Shown piece after piece: positions 47,260-60,517 of a stretch of DNA of 64,000 nucleotides; within the stretch, counting starts at the first letter, position 1, and each line of letters opens with the position of its first letter. The position numbers were made by a program, and so were the translations under genes. Where the stretch lies: the NCBI RefSeq assembly GCF_009914755.1, contig NC_060934.1; one strand, 5' to 3'. Under the pieces are notes generated by a model. It saw nothing but the letters and a program-made list of their open reading frames with translations, did no database searches and had not been told where the DNA came from. Source of the stretch: the human T2T-CHM13v2.0 reference genome, Homo sapiens.

Positions 47260-48553
47260 TTTTTTAAATTTTTTTATTTTTCATCAACTTTTATTTTAAG
47301 TTCCGGGGTACACGTGCAGGATGTGCAGGTTTGTTACATAGGTAAACGTATGCCGTGGTAGTTTGCTGCACAGATCATCCCAACACCTAGGTAGTAACCC
47401 CAGCATCCATGAGCTATTCTTCCTGATGCTCTCCCTCCAACACGCCCCAGTGTGTGTTGTTCACCCTCATGTGTCCATGTGTTCTTATCATTCAGCTCCC
47501 ACTTATGAGTGAGAACATGTGGTGTTTAGTTTTCTGTTCCTGCATTAGTTTGCTAAGGATAATAGCTTCCAATTCCATCCATGTCCCTGCAAAGGACATG
47601 ATCTCATTCGTTTTTATGGCAACATATTATTCCATGGTGTATATGTACCACATTTTCTTTTTCCAGTCTATCGTTGATAAGCATTTAGGATGATTTCATG
47701 CCTTTGTTATTGTGAATAGTGCTGCAATGAACATACACATGCATGTATCTTTAAAGTAGAATGATTTATATACCTTTGGGCATACAGTCAGTAACGGTAT
47801 TGCTGGGTCAAATGGTATTTCTGCCTTTAGGTCTTTGAGGTATCACCACACTGCCTTCCACAATGGTTGAACTAATTTACACTCCCATCAACAGTGTAAA
47901 AACATTTCTTTTTCTCTGCAACGTCACCAGCATCTGTTGTTTTTTGACTTTTAAATAATTGCCATTCTGACTGGCATGAGATAGTATCTCACTGTGGTTT
48001 CGATTTGCATTTCTCTAATGATCAGTGATGTTGAGCTTTTTTTCATATGTTTGTTGGCTGCATGAATGTCTTCTCTTGAGAAGTGTCTGTTCATGTCCTT
48101 TGCCCACTTTTTAATGGGGTTGTTTTTTTCTTGTAAATTTGTTTAAGTTCCTTGTGGACTCTGGATATTTAACCTTTGTCAGATGGATAGATTGCAAAAA
48201 TTTTCTCCCATTCTGCAGGTTGTCTGTTCACTCTGATGATAGCTTCTTTTGTCAAGTGTTTCTTCTGTTGCAATTATTTTTGATGTTTTCATCATGAAAT
48301 CTTTGCCCGTGCCTATGTCCAAGTGGTATTGCCTAGATTTTCTTCTAGAGTTTTGGGTTTTACATTTAAGTATTTAATCCATCTTGATTAATTTTTGTAT
48401 AAGGTGTAAGAAAGGGGTCCAGTTTCAATTTTCTGCATATGGTTAGCCAGCTATCCCAGCAATGTTTATTAAATAGGGAATTTATTCCCCTTTGCTTGTT
48501 TTTGACAGTTTTGTTGAAGATCAGATGGTTGTAGGTGTGCAGTCTTATTTCTG
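47260..48553 (-). mobile_element. 5'-truncated primate L1P (L1PA/PB) nested in the L1M
   Basis: Poly-T then TTTTAAGTTCCGGGGTACACGTGCAGGATGTGCAGGTTTGTTACATAGGTAAAC, a primate L1 3' end. Confidence 0.9.
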
Positions 48554-50754
48554 AAAATGAGAGTGGGAAAATGAGAGTGGGAAAATGACTACCAGTTTAA
48601 CAGTAATGAAAAATTTTATAATGACATACTAGGAACATCTGAACACCAACAAATAGAATTAAATAGATGAAATGGGATAATTCCTAGAAACACACAGTCT
48701 ATCAAAATCAAATCATATTCTTTATGAGCACCCAGATTCATAAAGAGCAAAATATTCTTCATGAGCACCCAGATTCTTAAGAACACCCAAATTCATAAAA
48801 AACATTTTATCTATTTAATTCCACTTGTTGGTGTACAGATGTTCATTTTATGTGCTTATAATCTTTTTTATTTCTGTTAAATTGGTAGTCATAGTCCCAC
48901 TCTCATTTTCTGATTTTAGTAATTTGAGTAATCCTTCTTTTATTCTAAGTCATCCAAGAAAGAAGTTTGTCAATTTTGTTGATTTTTCCAAAAAAAAAAA
49001 ACACACAAACTTTTGGTTTCATTGATATTCTCTATTTTTCTGTTCTCTTTTTCATTTATCTCTGCTGTAATCTTTTTTTTTCCTTTGCTATTTTTGGGTA
49101 TAATTTTCTTTTGGTTTTCTAGTTACATAAGATGTAAAGTCAGTTTATTGATTGAAGAGCTTTTCTAACTTATTCATTTAGAGTTATAAATTACCCTCTT
49201 AGCACTGCTTTCCTTGCATCTCATAAGTTTTAGTATGTTGTGTTTTCATAGTCATTAATCTCAAGGTACAGACTGTCCCTAACTTATGATTGTTCCATTA
49301 ATGACTTTTCGAATTAGCAGTGGGTTTAATGGGATATACCCCAATTGTATGCCAAGAAACATTTGTATTTTCTAATATTCTTTGTGATTTCTTCTTTGTC
49401 CTATTGTTTATTTGAGAGTATTTTGTTTAATTTCCACATATTGGTGAATTTTTTAGTTTTCCCTCTGGTATTGATTTCTAGTTTATTACATTGTGATTGG
49501 AAAAAGTGTTCTGTATGATTTAAAACTTTCTAGATTTTTTAAGACTTGTTTTGTGGCCTAACATGTGATCTATCCTGGAGAATATCCCATGTGCACTTGA
49601 GAAAAACATGTATTCTGCTATCTTTGAGCAGAGGGTTTTGTATATGTGTGTTAGGTACACTCAGTTAAAAGAGATGTTCAAGTCCTCTATTTTCTTGTTT
49701 CTATCTTTTCTTACATTCTGTCTGATTCTATACCTGATTAAAGTAGGGTACTGAAGTCTCCAGCTATTAACGTAAGTCTTCCTATTTCTCCCTTTAATTC
49801 TGTCAATGTTTGTTTAATAAATTTCATAGCTCTGATTTTTGGTACATATCTGTTTATAGTTGTTTTATCTTCTTAGTGAATTGACCCTTTTATTAATATC
49901 AGTCTTTCTTTGTCTCTTATGCCAGTATCTTTTAACTTAAATTCCATTTTGTCTAATATTACTGTGAGCATCCTCACTCCCTTTTGGTCTTCATTTGCAT
50001 GTAATGTCTTTTTCCATCCTTTAATTTTCAACATATTTGTGCTTTTAGATCTGAAATGAGTCTCTTGACAGCATGTAGATGGAGCATGAATTACTGATAG
50101 GGAAGAACTTACTTATGTCATTTTATATTCGTTCTCTGTATATCTTCTAGATTTTTTGTTCCTCATTTTCTCCATTTCTGTCTTCAGTTGTGTTTAGGTA
50201 ATTTTTTGCAATGACACATTTTGATACCTTGCTTATTTCCTTTTGTGTATATTGTATTATATCATATTATAGATATTTCCTTTTTTATTACGTGTGATTA
50301 CATGTAACATCCTAAAGTTATAACTATCTAATTTGAGTTGCTATCAACTTTAACTTAACTTTAATTGTAAACAGCAGAGTTGAGTATAGCTTTGTGCCCC
50401 TGTACAGCTTTGTGCCCCTCTTTATCAAGGTTTTGTGTGCCCAATAACAGATTTATAATGATTTTTGTGCATTTGCCTTTTAAATTCTATAGAAAAATAA
50501 TAGAGATACAAGCCGAGATTACAATATTACTGACTTTTATATTTTCTCATGTATTTATTTTTACCAGAAACCTATGTTCATATGGCTTCCAGCTATTGTC
50601 TAGTGCCCTTGAATTTTCACCTGAAAGATTCCCTTTAGCATTTCTTATAAGACAAGTGGTAATGAAGTCCCTCGGCTTTTATTTGTTAATGCCTCAAATA
50701 TATTCCTTATTTTTAGAAGACAGTATTGCAGAACATGGAATTCTTTGTTAATAG

Positions 50755-51105
<351 letters not shown>

Positions 51106-52148
51106 TCTTTATTTCTTTCTTCTTGTTTTTCCTCACCTCTTTGAGCATATCTAAGATAGATATTTTAAGTCTTTGTCCAGTATGTCTAAAATATTGGCTT
51201 CTTTGGGGGCAGTTTTTGTCCATTTATTTAGTTCCTTTGAATGAGCTATGTTTTTCTGTTTCTTTTTAAGTCTTGTGTTTTTTATTTTGTTTTTGTTGTT
51301 GTTGAAAGTTGGGTGTTTGATTATTATAATGTAGTAACTCTATAAATTATATCCCCCCCCCACTTCCCCATAAGTTAATGGATTATTTTTGTTTTTGTTT
51401 TTTGTTTTTTAATTGTAAAATCCTGTAGTAGTTTGTTCATTTTGAAAATTTTTCAGACTATTTTTACAAAGGCCATTCCTGGTTGTGTAGGATCACTGAA
51501 ATTTTTCCTTCTGTAGTTCATGTTCAGGTGATGTTTTGACAGATTTCTTTGAATGCCAGGAGCTAAGACAAAAGGAAAACCACTAAAAAATTTAACAGAA
51601 AGAGCAGCCACATTCCTGTCTTTGCAGATTGGTTTTGTTCTGGGCACTCCTTCACAACTTAACTAGACTTGCTCTAAGTCTATGGAAAGCTTAAAGTGTG
51701 GACTTCTCTGAGCACATATCTTGCCTGGGCATGTCCATGACTTTCTAAATTCCCCTGTGTACACAGCTTATCCTAAACATCCTAGTTCCCAAAGAGTCAC
51801 ACCTAGCTTCTCCTGGGGGCCTTTGATGGTCTATTGTGTATTCACCCAAACTCTCTTGCCTCAGGCATCTATGGGGCTTTTTGTCCCCTGTAGATTTGTC
51901 ATCACTTTTACAAGAAGTGCTTACCACATTTTCTAGATGTGTTCTGACTGAGCTATATGAGATAGAGTAGAGGGAGCTAGTCTTTTGGGTGTCCTCCAGC
52001 CAGGTTAGAACAGATATACACAGAAATGTGCAAGTAAGAGCTACGCTGCTCCCTCTAGTTCATAGACAATCACTTGGAACTGGGTCACTGCTCAAGACCA
52101 AAACTGCCAATATGCTGTGAAAGTGTTGCAGAAAGGATATGTGAAAAC

Positions 52149-53137
52149 TGAAGGGGGCCTGCCCCTCCACACCTGAGGGTATTTCTCACAAGGAGGAGAT
52201 GAGAGACTGAGAAAAGAAATAAGGCACAGAGACAAAGTATAGAGGAAGAAAAGTGGGCCCAGGGGACAAGTGTTCAGCAAGTGAGGACCTGCACCAGCAC
52301 CGGTCTCTGAGTTTCCTCAGTATTTATTGATCACTATCTTTACTATCTCGGTGAGGGAGATGTGGCAGGACTATAGGGTAATGGTGGGGAGAGGGTCAGT
52401 AGGAAAACATATGAGCAAAGGAATCTGTGTCATAAATAAGTTTAAGGAAAGTTACTGTGCCTGGATATGCATGTAGGCCAGATTTATGTTTAACTTTACA
52501 CAAACATCTCAGTGCAGTAAAGAGTAGCAGGGCAGTATTGCTGCCAGCATGTCTCACCTCCAGCCATAGGGCAGTTTTCTCCTACCTCAGTAAATAGAAT
52601 ATATGGTCGGGCTTTACACCGAGACATTTCATTCCCAGGGACAAACAGGAGAGTTTTTATCTCAACTGCAAAGAGGCCTTCCTCTTTCACTAATTCTCCT
52701 CAGCACAGACCCTTTACGAGTGTCGGGCTAGGGGACTGTAAGGTCTTTCCCTTCCCACGAGGCCGTATCTTGGGCTGTGTCAGTCGGGGGGAGACCTGGA
52801 CAATACCCAGGCTTTCTTGGGCAGAGGTCCCTGCAGATTTCCACAGTGCATTGTGTCCCTGGTTAATTGAGAATGGAGAATGGCAATGACTTTTACCAAG
52901 CATACAGCCTGCAAACAAATTGTTAACAAGGCACAACCTGCACAGCCCTAACTCCATTAAATCTTGATTCAATACAGCACATGTTTCTGTGAGCACAGGG
53001 TTGGGGCTAAGGTTGCAGATTAACAGCATCTCAAAGCAGAACAATTTTTCTTAGTACAGATCAAAATGGAGTTTCTTATGTCTTCCTTTTTCTACATAGA
53101 CACAATAACAGTCTGATCTGTCTTCCTTTCCCCCACA
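52149..53137 (-). mobile_element. HERV-K(HML-2) solo LTR (LTR5A/5B-like), 989 bp
   Basis: - strand starts TGTGGGGGAAAGGAAGACAGATCAGACTGTTATTGTGTCTATGTAGAAA and ends GGGGCAGGCCCCCTTCA; TG...CA termini; TSD AAAAC at 52144-52148 and 53138-53142. Confidence 0.9.
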
Positions 53138-54302
53138 AAAACATCACAAAACTTTCCTGTGATTTTGAAGGTAGCTTTTTCTCAGTTGGGCACCTGGTAT
53201 ATTGCAGTAAATCTTTGATTACTGTTTGCCTGAGTCCCTGAAAAGTTGGCACACACAGATTCTGTTTTTTTCTTTCAATGTTTCTATGGGGGAGCAGGGG
53301 CTTGGAGTGTTTAAGCCACCATTTTGCTGACATCATTCCATGCTGCTAGTTTTTGCTTGTAATTTCATTTTTACATTAATTAATGAAAAGCTTGAAGATA
53401 AATGTAAATATCAAATACTCTATGAAGGCTCACACACACACACACAAAAAACCCAAGGCTCCTGCTCGACTCTTTCCCACTTCTGATCTCACTCCCCAGA
53501 AGCAGCCACTTGCAAGTGTTTTAGCTTTTTCTTCTGGTTTTATGTCCTTGTTTTTAAAAATATGCTTGTACTGACTGCTGTTTCTTGCTGTTGTCAGCTT
53601 ACATATTCTCTGTTGACTTCTTCCTATGGGGGAAGAGTATTTAGCTTTCTCATAGCTGAGTTTTCCTACAGGATTCAATCCTACCCACTTCCATTTCTGC
53701 AATGTGGTTATATCACTATGATGTTTTGGTCTCAAATTGTAATGGTAGAGGTGTTCTCAAATGTTTGGTGATCCTGGTCTCTCTGTTCTCATGTAAGACT
53801 GGGGCACTAAATCATAAGTAGAGCTCTGTGTGCCAGAAGCCCACATAGTTTGCACTCTTCCATGTTGCCTCCTTCTCCTCCTTCTGGGGACATGTCAGTT
53901 CATGTGGCCCTTCACCACCCAAGAGCACTGGCTTCCTCTGTGGTCTAAAATGTAGACCCTTCTTCAAAATCATCTCAAACTGGAAATTTTACCAGAGTGG
54001 GTGAATGGAATGAAGATTCTTGCTCCCCATAACCCTTCACTGGAAGACCCTTTTTGCTGAAGGAAAAAGAGAGTAGAGTGTAAAGAGAAGGAAATTGGAA
54101 ACTGTTATCATTAGTTAGGAAAGGGGTTGTCTTACATGTTAGTGTGGGAGCTGCCAAGGGCAAAGTCTGTGTTGTGGATGAGTTTTGAGAGTCCAGTGCT
54201 TTGTTTTCCAGTATCGTTTGATACCACAGTGTCACCTAGACACCCTAAGTGCAATGGGTAAATTATGGTTTTGCAGCTAGACCTGGGTTCAGATCCATGC
54301 TA

Positions 54303-55572
54303 TTAGGTTGGTGCAAAAGAAATTCTGATTTTTGCATTTTAAAATTTGCTGTTTGATATTGGAATACATTCTTAAATAAATATGGTTATGTTATATATCA
54401 TTTTAATGTGCATTTCTCACTTTATGTTTTTTGCTAATGACTTATTACTTGCTGTTTATTTTATATTTATTTTAGACTGTGGAGCTGATGTTAGACAAAA
54501 AGCGAATTCGGGTGATTTTCTTATTTGAGTTCAAATTGGGTCATAAAGCAGCCAAGACAACTTGCAACATCAGCAATGCATTTGGCCCTGGAACTTCTAA
54601 GGAATGTACAGTGTAGTGGTGGTTCAAGAAATTTTGCAAAGGAGACAAGAGGCTTGAAGATGAGGAACATAGAGACTGGCCATTGGAAGTTGACAACAAC
54701 CGAGAGCAGTTATCAAAGCTGATCTTCTTACAATGACGCGATAAGTTGCAAAAGAATTCAGCGTCAACTGTTCTGCAGTCATTTGGCATTTGAAGCAAAT
54801 TGGAATGGTGAAAAAGTTCAATAAGTGGGTGCCTCATGAGCTGAGCAAAAATTTAAAAAATTGTCATTTTGAAGTGTCGTCTTCTTTTATTCTACACAAT
54901 AATGAATCATTTCTCAATCCGCTTGTGACGTGTGACAAAAAGTGGAATTCATATGACAACCAGTGATGACTACCTCAGTGGCTGGACCAAGAATAAGCTC
55001 CAAAGCACTTTCCAAAGGCAAACTTGTACCAGAAAAAGGTCATGGTCATGGTTTGGTGGTCTGCTGCTGGTCTGATACACTATAGCTTTCTGAATTCTGG
55101 CAAAACCGCTACATCTAAGAAGTACGCTCAGCACATGGTTGAGATGCACCAAAAACTGCAATGCCTGCAGCTGGCATTGATCAACAGAAAGGGCCCAATT
55201 CTCCATGACAATGCTGGACTGCACATCACACAACCAACTCTTCCAAAGTTGAAGGAATTGGACTACAGAGTTTTGCCTCATCCGCCATATTCACCTGACT
55301 TCTTGCCAACCAACTACCACTTATTCGAGCATCTCGACAACTTTTTGCAGGGAAAATCATTTCACAACCAGCAGGATGCAGAAAATGCTTTCCAAGAGTT
55401 TGTCCAATCCCAAAGCATGGATTTTTACACTGCAGGAATAAACAAATTTGTTTCTCATTGGCAAAAATGTGTTGATTGTAATGGTTTCCGTTTTGATTAA
55501 TAAAGATGTCTTTGAGCCTAGTTATAATGATTTAAAATTCACAGTCTGAAACTGTAGTTACTTTTGCCCCAA
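54303..55572 (+). mobile_element. Near full-length Hsmar1 mariner transposon
   Basis: TA|TTAGGTTGGTGCAAAAG left TIR; right TIR ...GTTACTTTTGCCCCAA lacks its last bases; about 1.27 kb. Confidence 0.96.
54479..55500 (+). pseudogene. Dead Hsmar1 transposase ORF
   Basis: (M)ELMLDKKRIRVIFLFEFKLG, WVPHEL, VTCDKKW, LHDNA, HPPYSPDFLPTNYHLF, CVDCNG motifs; start ATG>GTG, TGA TGA at 54964-54969, frameshifts. Confidence 0.95.
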
Positions 55573-57427
55573 TGGAGGCAGGCAGTGACATTCCCTGTGG
55601 AGCTTGATCCTCAGGCAAGGGAGGACCAGGCTCCCACAAGGGAATGTCACTACCTGCCTCTGTTGGTGCATCTGCCTCTGGGTGTGGGCCTCAGCAAGCT
55701 GTGAGTGCAGATCCCACATTTGGTGAGCACAGTGGGAGGGAGGCTGTGGGGCTAGGGGCTGCTTAGCTGGTACCCTGGGTATGGCCAGGCTTTCTCTGAG
55801 CTCATGCTTGTCTCAGGGCACTCAGGCTTTGGAGAGCTTATGAAGGGCCCTGCCTGGATCCTCCATGGTGGGGTCAGTAGCCCCCCTGACCCCAGTCCCA
55901 GTGGAGTAGGTGAGGAAGAACAGACATCTGCCTACCAGACAGACGCGCCTCACAGCTATGGAAATTGTGACAAATTGCTTGACCGTTCAGAGCCTCAAGT
56001 TTTTCATCTGTAAAATGAAAATAATACAGTATGCAGATTTAGATGCAGGCTAGAGGAGGCAGTGGAACAGTGGAGGGGAGAAGGCTGCTCTTGGATGCAT
56101 GAGAACTACCACATACAAGCATGATGTTCAGGAGGTAAACATTTATAGACATGGTCATTGCTGGAGGGGAGAAGAGCCTCCTGGTAGGCTCCCCTGAGTA
56201 CATAATACACAAAAGACCATAAAGCAACACAGATACAGAGAAAGGACTCAGATGAGGGCACCAGCCTTAGTTTTAACTGATACCATCTCCAGGACCTTGG
56301 ACAAAACACTTAATTCACAGGCCTCACATTTTCCCTGCAAAACTTGAAATATTTCCCATTTCTGCCAAGCTGTACCTACCGATGGAGCTGTGGGATTGCA
56401 AAGACCTTTGCGTCTTGGGCGGGTAGGGCAGATGTGATTGATCCCCACCTAGATGGAAGTCTCACAAGGCTCCAACCCCCTTCAAGCTCCTTACTCTGTG
56501 TCTGGGGACTAAGTGGGAGAATATTAGCAGTAAGATCTGGAAGTCAGGACAATAAGGGCATGTGGCTCTCCCTGATGCTGGGGAAATGATGACGCCAGGA
56601 CAGCAGTGGCCAGGTGTGCTTCTTCCCTCCCCAGTGGTGTCTGCTGGAGAAGGCTCTCCATGCCCAGAGCGGCTTGGCTTTGCAAGCTTATAAGAAATAT
56701 GGGAGGCAAAATGGCCCAAAGTGCACATCCTCCCTTGCCTGAGGCCCAGGCTCCCACAGGGAATGTCACTACTTCCCTCTGTGGGTGCTGGGAAATGTGG
56801 GACAGTGAGCAGGATCTGGAGGTGTCATGAATAGGGTTAGCAGGTCACACACAGGCTGCCAGAAGGATCCCCAACCGAAGGGTCCGGTCTGATGTCCAAG
56901 AATCCAAGAGTCCAACAGAGGAATGATGGACCAGGTCTGGGTCTGTTGTTCTCAAGGGGCGTCTGATGGACCGTGATTCCCAAGAGCTCTGCCCTATCCA
57001 ATCACAGATGGTTGGGGATGGATAAACCCCCCGGGTAAGTGGGAGCAAGGAGAGCCAGCATATCAGAATTGCTCAGGGCTTTTCAGCTGGGACATCCTCC
57101 CACAGTTCTTATCTACACGGCCCCCAGCTAAGGTAACCAGTCAGCTATCCTCCTAGTCAGCTGACTATGGTAATAGTCAACTATTAGCAAAAAATGTACC
57201 TCATCCCTGAAAGCCTGTTGGTCCCAGAGAGACAGGTCTGGGTGGTCACCCTAATGAAAGTCACCACCCAGATGATCCACTGTGGTTGCTGGGGGTGTAC
57301 CCCAGCCAAAGCTCTGCTGGGGTCGGGGGAGCTTGTTAAGAGACTGCTAGGAGGCTGGAGTGGACAGACACCTGCCCACCAGACAGATGCGCCTCAACTC
57401 CCTAACACAGGTCTCCTTTGTTTTCAG

Positions 57428-57496
57428 GCCCAGCAGCCTGGATTCCTGCCTTGACCTTTATGGCTCTGCAATACAGAAGAGATTGCAGAGAAATAA
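57428..57496 (+). pseudogene. ANTXRL-like exon 2 (69 nt; PSSLDSCLDLYGSAIQKRLQRN)
   Basis: TTTGTTTTCAG| and |GTAAAG; compare [29 protein letters not shown]; most diverged exon. Confidence 0.7.
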
Positions 57497-58894
57497 GTAA
57501 AGTGAGGCTGCAGCCTTCCCTGCACTGCAGGAAGCTTTTCCTCTGGCAGGTAGAAAGCACAACCCATCAGATTGGGTGGGCGTGGGAGTTCCTCGGTGGG
57601 GGACACAGAGCACAAAGTGGCATTCTGAAACAGGAATGAGGCCAGCGCTCACTGGTTCCATTGGATCTCGGCAGCCTTGGCTGGCTCCTGCCTGTGAGCC
57701 CTGGGAATACTTGAGCCCCAAGTTTGCCCTTGGGGACATCGCAGGCTGGGAAGGGACATTAGGTAGGTAAATCAGTGACTCAGTCCCGGAACCCTGGGTT
57801 ATGCACTGCCGAGGGTTCAAGGAAAGGGACAAAGAACTCACATGGAAGGTTAAAGGAAAAAGCAGGAACTCCTAACGACAAAGTCAAGAGTGGCTTCCAG
57901 GGATGTGGGTCTTTGAACTGGGTCTTGCAGGATGGAAAAGACAAAACACTTAATTCACAAGCCTCACATTTTCCCTGCAAAACTTGAAATATTTCCCACC
58001 ACAGGGGACCTGTGGTGGAGTGAGTGGTCTTGCTTGGCTTAGCTTGCTGAGCTAATGAGGTTAGCTCAGGCAGGGCTGGGAGAGGGCTGGGAAGGTCAGT
58101 TTGAGGCCAAAGCCACAGGGGCTCATTATGCCAGGCCAAGGAGCTGAGATTTCCTGCTGTGAGCCATAGACAGCCAGAGAAGGCTCTTGAGCAGAGGAGT
58201 GGGATGATCAAGGTGGCACTTAAGGAAGAAAAGTCTGATGACTGTGGGTAAAATGAATGGGCAACAAGGGCAGGATCCATGGGGAGCTCCGCTGGGGATG
58301 TATGGCAGCACTGTCGCTGAGGGCCACTGAGGGCCAGCCGGCAGGAAGGAGGGTCAGGGAGAGGAAAGGAAGGCTGTGTGCATGGCTGCCAATAGGATGA
58401 GTCACTCCTCTGGGATGAAGGAGGAATGAGGGAGAGGAGGGGGAGGAGGGAATGGGGTGAAGAGGCAAAGAATTTTCCAGTAGAAGGGAGGCCAGCTGGG
58501 AGGGCTGTGTGTGCATCTCCCTACTTGTTCAGCATGGGGGGTGTGTGTGTGTGTCCATGTGTGACTGTGTGTGTGGTATGCATGCATGTTTGCGCATGTG
58601 TGTGCGTGCATGTGTGTGTATGTGTACGTGGTGTGTGTGAGTTTGAGTTTCTTTGGGGTGTGTTGGGATTGTGGGGATGCAGCAAGTTGCCATCCTGACT
58701 TTCTTTTGTGGATCCCTCGTCTCCACAGGCCTCAGAGTCCACTGCATTTATCTCACTTCCCTGTGTCCAGCAAGGGGCCCCAAGATGGAAGAGTTGGGGT
58801 GGGAGGTGGGGAGTGGGCCTCACCGCCCTGGCTATGCTTGGGTCCAGTGCAGCCAGTGCCTCTGGCTTCTCAGGGCCATGTGCTTCCTCCCCAG

Positions 58895-58968
58895 CCTGAG
58901 AATGTAGCTGTCTTTCATCACCTACTCCACGGAGGGCAGCATCGTCCCACAGCTCACATTCACCCCAG
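58895..58968 (+). pseudogene. ANTXRL-like exon 3 (LRM*LSFITYSTEGSIVPQLT)
   Basis: CCTCCCCAG| acceptor; compare [21 protein letters not shown]; TAG at 58905-58907; no GT donor. Confidence 0.88.
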
Positions 58969-60376
58969 GCAGGGGAGTGCTGCTTTGAGCCCCCAACGGA
59001 GGCCTGAGAGGCTGGGCCAGAGGGAGCTCCAGAGAGCTGTGGGGCTCCCTGAGACCTTGGTTGGGAGCCTGACAGCACACAGGGCAGGCTGCTCAGGGCA
59101 TCTCACAGTACCCACCCTGACCCCAATGCCTGTTCCCCTGAACCCTCTGACCCCTGGTTGCACTGTTACCTGTAGCCCCTGTGCTCCCGAATTTCTTGGC
59201 CTCCCTGACCTTCTCTGTCCCCTGTCCTCCCTCTGCCCTACCTCCTTCCCCAGAGTGCGGGGGCTGGTGGGCAGGTGTGTGTGTCCTGTGAACACCTGCC
59301 TGTGCTGGCTGCTGCTCTCTGTGTGCCCCTCTCTGCTCTGGCCTTCTCTATGGGAGGGAGACAGGGTCAGGGTAAGGGGGAGTGCTGGAGAGTTTAGTGC
59401 AGAAGAGCTTGGTCCCCTGGTGGGTCTCAGACAGGGGAGACCATGGGTGGGGTCCTGAGCCCCAGGCCAGGCTGGGGAGCTGGAGGAAGGCAGGAGGAGC
59501 AAGCTCAGGCAGCTGGAGTTGGCCTAGAGGGGTGCCCAGGCCCAGCAGGAGGCACTGCAGAGCTCCTGATTGGCAGGAGGTAAGAACACTTCTGATGCAA
59601 ATGCCTGGAACTGGGCACTAAGAGGGTGAAGCACAGAAGAGAGCCGAGGATCCTGAGGACTGGATGGGGGCCTGGGCCCCACTTACAGCTTTGAGGAAGA
59701 GCTGGGACGGGGCTTCTGCTCCCTGAGCTGGGGGAAGGCTTGAGTTTGTGCATAATGTGCTGTGGGTTTGGGAGAGGGAGACCTAGGTGGGCATGAGGGC
59801 GAAGAAAGCAAGTTCACGGGGAAGGACTCTGGGTGGTGGCCCAGAGGGGCAGCAGGGGCTGGGCAGGGCCTGGCCTCCTTCCCTCCTGGGCTGAGGCTCT
59901 CAGAGCTCCCCCACATGGCAGGGACTCTCTTCCTGCAGTGCGAAGCCAGCCTTCAGGGTCCATGCTTGGCCCAGCCTTGCTGTGCTGGCTCAGCCTGTCA
60001 CATTGGATTAGCCTGTCCCAGTCCTGCCATCAGAGCCAGCTCTGCCTGGCCCAACCAGTCCTGTCTGCTTTAACAGAGGCTGACAGGCCACATCCCCGAG
60101 CCAGCCTGCCGTGCTCAGCTGCCTGCACACCCTTTGGGGCCGCTTCTTTCAGCCTTTGGTCTTTTGGTTTCGGGAGCACAGGAAGTCAAGGAGCCATAGC
60201 ACTCTTATTAAGCAGATTTGCTACTTTGGTAGGATAAAGAGAGTGGAGGAGATTGAGTCAGGGTCAGGGGTCTGGAGTTGTGGGTGCTGGGTGCAGGGCT
60301 GGGGGCTTAGCAGGATGCCTTTTCCGAACTCAGCCCTGCCTTTTGAAGGATACGTTGCCCAACACAAGGGAAGCCC

Positions 60377-60517
60377 TTAGGGTTAGGTTTAGGATTAGGA
60401 TTAGAGTTAAGATTAGGAATGCCAGTCCCATTGCCTGTCCCTGAATCTCAGTTGCATGCCTTTGGATTAGGGTTAGGGTTAGGGGTTAGGGGTTAAGGGT
60501 TAGGGGTTAGGGTTAAG
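60377..60517 (+). repeat. Two degenerate (TTAGGG)n-like tracts (60377-60417, 60467-60517)
   Basis: TTAGGGTTAGGTTTAGGATTAGG... and TTAGGGTTAGGGTTAGGGGTTAGGGGTTAAGGG... Confidence 0.85.

Noticed and set aside
55024-55500. 158-aa transposase ORF as a functional or domesticated gene
   Set aside because: Lacks the DNA-binding domain and first catalytic Asp, and starts at a non-ATG codon
56586-56695. MMTPGQQWPGVLLPSPVVSAGEGSPC as ANTXRL-like exon 1
   Set aside because: Only vague similarity; lacks FDLYFILDK and a donor, so exon 1 remains unidentified
58521-59502. Long ORFs of 180-295 aa
   Set aside because: Run through TG-repeat and GC-rich low-complexity sequence; the ANTXR-like peptide lies in another frame with a stop
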